From a virus (Duplodnaviria > Caudoviricetes), in IMG/VR virus record IMGVR_UViG_3300037458_001039, positions 1 through 26,970 of that record: a stretch of 26,970 nt of DNA; one strand, given 5' to 3'. Both the position numbers and the translations under genes were made by a program. Positions 24,596 through 26,970 of the stretch are shown here, one piece after another. How positions within the stretch are numbered: position 1 is the stretch's first letter; the number at the start of each line of letters is the position of its first letter. Under the pieces are notes generated by a model. It searched no databases, was not told the origin of the DNA, and saw only the letters and a program-made list of their open reading frames with translations.

Positions 24596-26970
24596 ATGAG
24601 ATTCTTCATCGACATCGAGGACGCAAACGGCAGCAAAGTTGGCCCGGGGCCGATTACGACGGCGGCCTCCTGGACCTATACAGCGCGCCTGGACCGCGCT
24701 GGCTCGTTCGCGTTCGAGATGCCAGCGGCCGATCCCATGGCCGCCTATGTCACAAAGAAACGCAAAGCGCGCGCATGGGCGCTCATCGACGAGACGTGGA
24801 CCGAGGTCGGCGCGGGCATCATCGACGCCATTACCCGGCGCCCCGACAAGAACGGCCGCATCGTCCTCAGCGCCAGCGGAGATGACGAGCTGCGCGAGCT
24901 CGCCTATCGCAGCGTCGGCAGCCTGGCGCTGGCGAGCGGGAGCGCCGCCATCACCCACGCCGCGGCCGTGACGGCCGTGGGCGGCGCGGTGGCCACCGGC
25001 TGGACGCTCACCGCAGACCCGAGCCCGGGCAACAACGCGGTCTATGGCGCGTTTGCGGGCGAGACCGTCCTCCAGGCGCTCATTCAGGTGGCGGACAAGT
25101 GCAACACGCATTTCTATCGGTCCGGCGCGCGGAGCTTGACCTTTGCCTCGACGTGGACGGCCAGCGGAATCGCCGCCGTCCGCGCCCAGGGCAACCTGGC
25201 GCCGGAGACCTGCGCGATCACCGATCTCGAAGAGCGCATTGAATCCTACGATCTGCTGACCCGCATTGTGCCGCTGGGCGCGGGCAACGGCGAGGTGCGG
25301 CTGACCCTGGCGGCCACCACGCAGAGCGCGCCGGTTGGCTACACGCTGAGTGCCGCCAACAATTACCTGCAGAATGACGCGGCGGTGGCCGCCTACGGCG
25401 TCATCGACGCGCCGTGGATCGAGTTCAAGGACGTGCGCCCGATCTCGAATACGACCGCCGACCTCCAGGCCGCCGCCGACATGCTGTTCCGGCTGGCGCT
25501 GGCGGAGCTGCAGCGGCGCAGCGTGACGATCGAGCAGGCCACCTACACGGTGCAGTTGGCCGAGTGCGCCGTGCTGTTGCGGCCGATGCAGACGCTGCGG
25601 CTGAGCTATGCCGACCCGGATCGGGCGATCGTCGTCGACGCCAACCTCAATATTCTGGAAGCGACGTGGAGCGTGGATGCAACCGGCGTTCGGACGACGG
25701 CGGTGCAGGTCACGAATGGCGATAGGTGGCCGGAATCTAGCGCCGACGTGCTGGTCGAGCGTATTGCGGAGAGCAGCGTCTACCAGGCCCACCCGCAGCT
25801 GGGTGCGAACAGCTACGTGATCTCCTATACCAAGAATTTGGATGACGACCGCGACAACCCGGCCGTCTTCCGGTTCCGCTTCGACGAGGAGGTCGTGCAG
25901 CTCGCCCGCGCGGTCTACGATTTCCAGCTCCTGCCGCTCGAATCCACCGTCACGGCGGTGGGGCTGGAGCAGGAGACCTCCGGGACGATTACGACCAGCT
26001 ATAGCGGCAATTCCGGCTCATCGAGCGCAGCCAACAGTGGCACGCCATCGACCACAGATACGGGCGCGCCGTCGACCGCCAACACGGGCACGCCGTCGAC
26101 GGCCAACACGGGAGCGGCAAGCGGCAGCACGGGCACGCCATCGACCACAGATACGGGCACGCCGTCGACGGCCAACACGGGCGCGGCCTCCGGCAACACG
26201 GGCGCGGCCTCCGGCAGCACGGGCACGCCGTCGACCACAGATACGGGCACGCCGTCGACGGCCAACACGGGCGCGGCTTCCGGCAACACGGGCGCGGCCT
26301 CCGGCAGCACGGGCACGCCGTCGACCGCCAACACGGGAGCGGCTTCCGGCAACACGGGGGCGGCTTCCGGCAACACGGGCGCGGCCTCCGGCAGCACGGG
26401 CACACCGTCGACCGCCAACACGGGAGCGGCTTCCGGCAACACGGGCGCGGCCTCCGGCAACACGGGAGCGGCCTCCGGCAACACGGGAGCGGCCTCCGGT
26501 GACACCGGCGGATCTGGCGAGTTGACCAGTAATTATCCCAGTGGAGGAGACACGGCTGCGGACGGCACCCATCGCCATTGGGGGACGGTCTCCAGCGATT
26601 CTACTCCAGATGTAGGTCCAATCTATATTAGCTATGATGCCGGGCTGCCTGGCTATCGATTGACTCATGGTGGTACTGGCACCTATGATGTTTATACCGC
26701 CGCCTACGCTGGCAACCATCAACATGCCATTGGTAGTCACGCGCACACGCTGAACAGCCACGTGCACACGCTGAACAGCCACACGCACGACCTCGGCAGC
26801 CACACCCACACGCTGAACAGCCACACGCATGATCTGGCGAGCCACACCCACACGCTGAACAGCCACACGCACGACCTCGGCAGCCACACCCATGATCTGG
26901 CGAGCCACACCCACACGCTGAACAGCCACACGCACGACCTCGGCAGCCACACCCATGATCTGGCGAGCCA
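24596..26970 (+). CDS. Baseplate hub/Tal-like tail protein with C-terminal HxH-repeat needle fibre (runs off the window end)
   Basis: Starts MRFFIDIEDANG...LDRAGSFAFEM; contains LLTRIVPLGAG; ends in TG repeats, a tip region and SHTHxLx repeats; absent from the ORF track, consistent with no stop inside the window. Confidence 0.85.
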   Translation, partial: MRFFIDIEDANGSKVGPGPITTAASWTYTARLDRAGSFAFEMPAADPMAAYVTKKRKARAWALIDETWTEVGAGIIDAITRRPDKNGRIVLSASGDDELRELAYRSVGSLALASGSAAITHAAAVTAVGGAVATGWTLTADPSPGNNAVYGAFAGETVLQALIQVADKCNTHFYRSGARSLTFASTWTASGIAAVRAQGNLAPETCAITDLEERIESYDLLTRIVPLGAGNGEVRLTLAATTQSAPVGYTLSAANNYLQNDAAVAAYGVIDAPWIEFKDVRPISNTTADLQAAADMLFRLALAELQRRSVTIEQATYTVQLAECAVLLRPMQTLRLSYADPDRAIVVDANLNILEATWSVDATGVRTTAVQVTNGDRWPESSADVLVERIAESSVYQAHPQLGANSYVISYTKNLDDDRDNPAVFRFRFDEEVVQLARAVYDFQLLPLESTVTAVGLEQETSGTITTSYSGNSGSSSAANSGTPSTTDTGAPSTANTGTPSTANTGAASGSTGTPSTTDTGTPSTANTGAASGNTGAASGSTGTPSTTDTGTPSTANTGAASGNTGAASGSTGTPSTANTGAASGNTGAASGNTGAASGSTGTPSTANTGAASGNTGAASGNTGAASGNTGAASGDTGGSGELTSNYPSGGDTAADGTHRHWGTVSSDSTPDVGPIYISYDAGLPGYRLTHGGTGTYDVYTAAYAGNHQHAIGSHAHTLNSHVHTLNSHTHDLGSHTHTLNSHTHDLASHTHTLNSHTHDLGSHTHDLASHTHTLNSHTHDLGSHTHDLAS
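26033..26520 (+). repeat. Coding repeat array, ~22 units of NTGAASG / xTGTPSTx (21 or 24 bp)
   Basis: Read directly from the sequence. Confidence 0.92.
26714..26970 (+). repeat. Coding repeat array, 21-bp units encoding SHTH(TLN/DLG/DLA)
   Basis: 12 complete HxH heptads before the window ends. Confidence 0.92.

Larger units (their letters stand above)
1..26970. mobile_element. Temperate siphovirus-type phage genome segment (HK97-like head, non-contractile tail), probably in attP configuration
   Basis: Contiguous early, immunity, integration, lysis, packaging, head and tail modules; no host housekeeping genes recognised. Confidence 0.95.

Noticed and set aside
24242-26956. Long minus-strand ORFs (516, 312, 168 and 138 aa)
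   Set aside because: Antisense shadows of the GC-rich tail gene and its repeats
26033-26970. CRISPR array or DGR repeats
   Set aside because: The units are contiguous, in-frame 21/24-bp coding repeats with no unique spacers; no cas or reverse transcriptase gene is in the window
26033-26970. Exact unit-by-unit mirror code between 7/8-aa TG units and TLN/DLG/DLA units
   Set aside because: My attempted mirror alignment did not match consistently; only approximate count matching is proposed

Overview
The whole window is part of a GC-rich temperate siphovirus-type (HK97-fold, cos/HNH-packaging) phage. Positions 1-7111 hold a leftward early operon: a truncated HTH replication-initiator-like gene, several hypotheticals, a ParB-like protein, a XerC/D-like tyrosine recombinase, a highly structured ~330-nt intergenic segment and an RHH regulator. 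A divergent switch follows, with three 17-bp operators and an XRE repressor that has no peptidase domain. Next come a HIRAN gene, an att core (3' half of tRNA-Val(CAC)), an integrase, and a small gene behind two GAAC-N4-GTTC SOS boxes. The rightward late region contains an LL-H holin coupled to a membrane-anchored CHAT (caspase-like) protease, HNH, terminases, a LuxR-type HTH gene, portal, prohead protease, capsid, neck and tail genes with a -1 frameshift, tape measure, and a tail protein ending in a long HxH-repeat needle cut by the window end. Phage genes on both sides of the att core suggest an attP (excised) configuration. The SOS-box type suggests a Terrabacteria host, possibly Chloroflexota (inference). 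The most unusual points are the holin-CHAT protease pair, a candidate LexA-controlled antirepressor, a tandem structured RNA with anti-Shine-Dalgarno linkers, a palindrome shared by the ParB gene and the attP region, and the extended metal-binding needle. All product calls come from motif recognition by eye, not from database searches.
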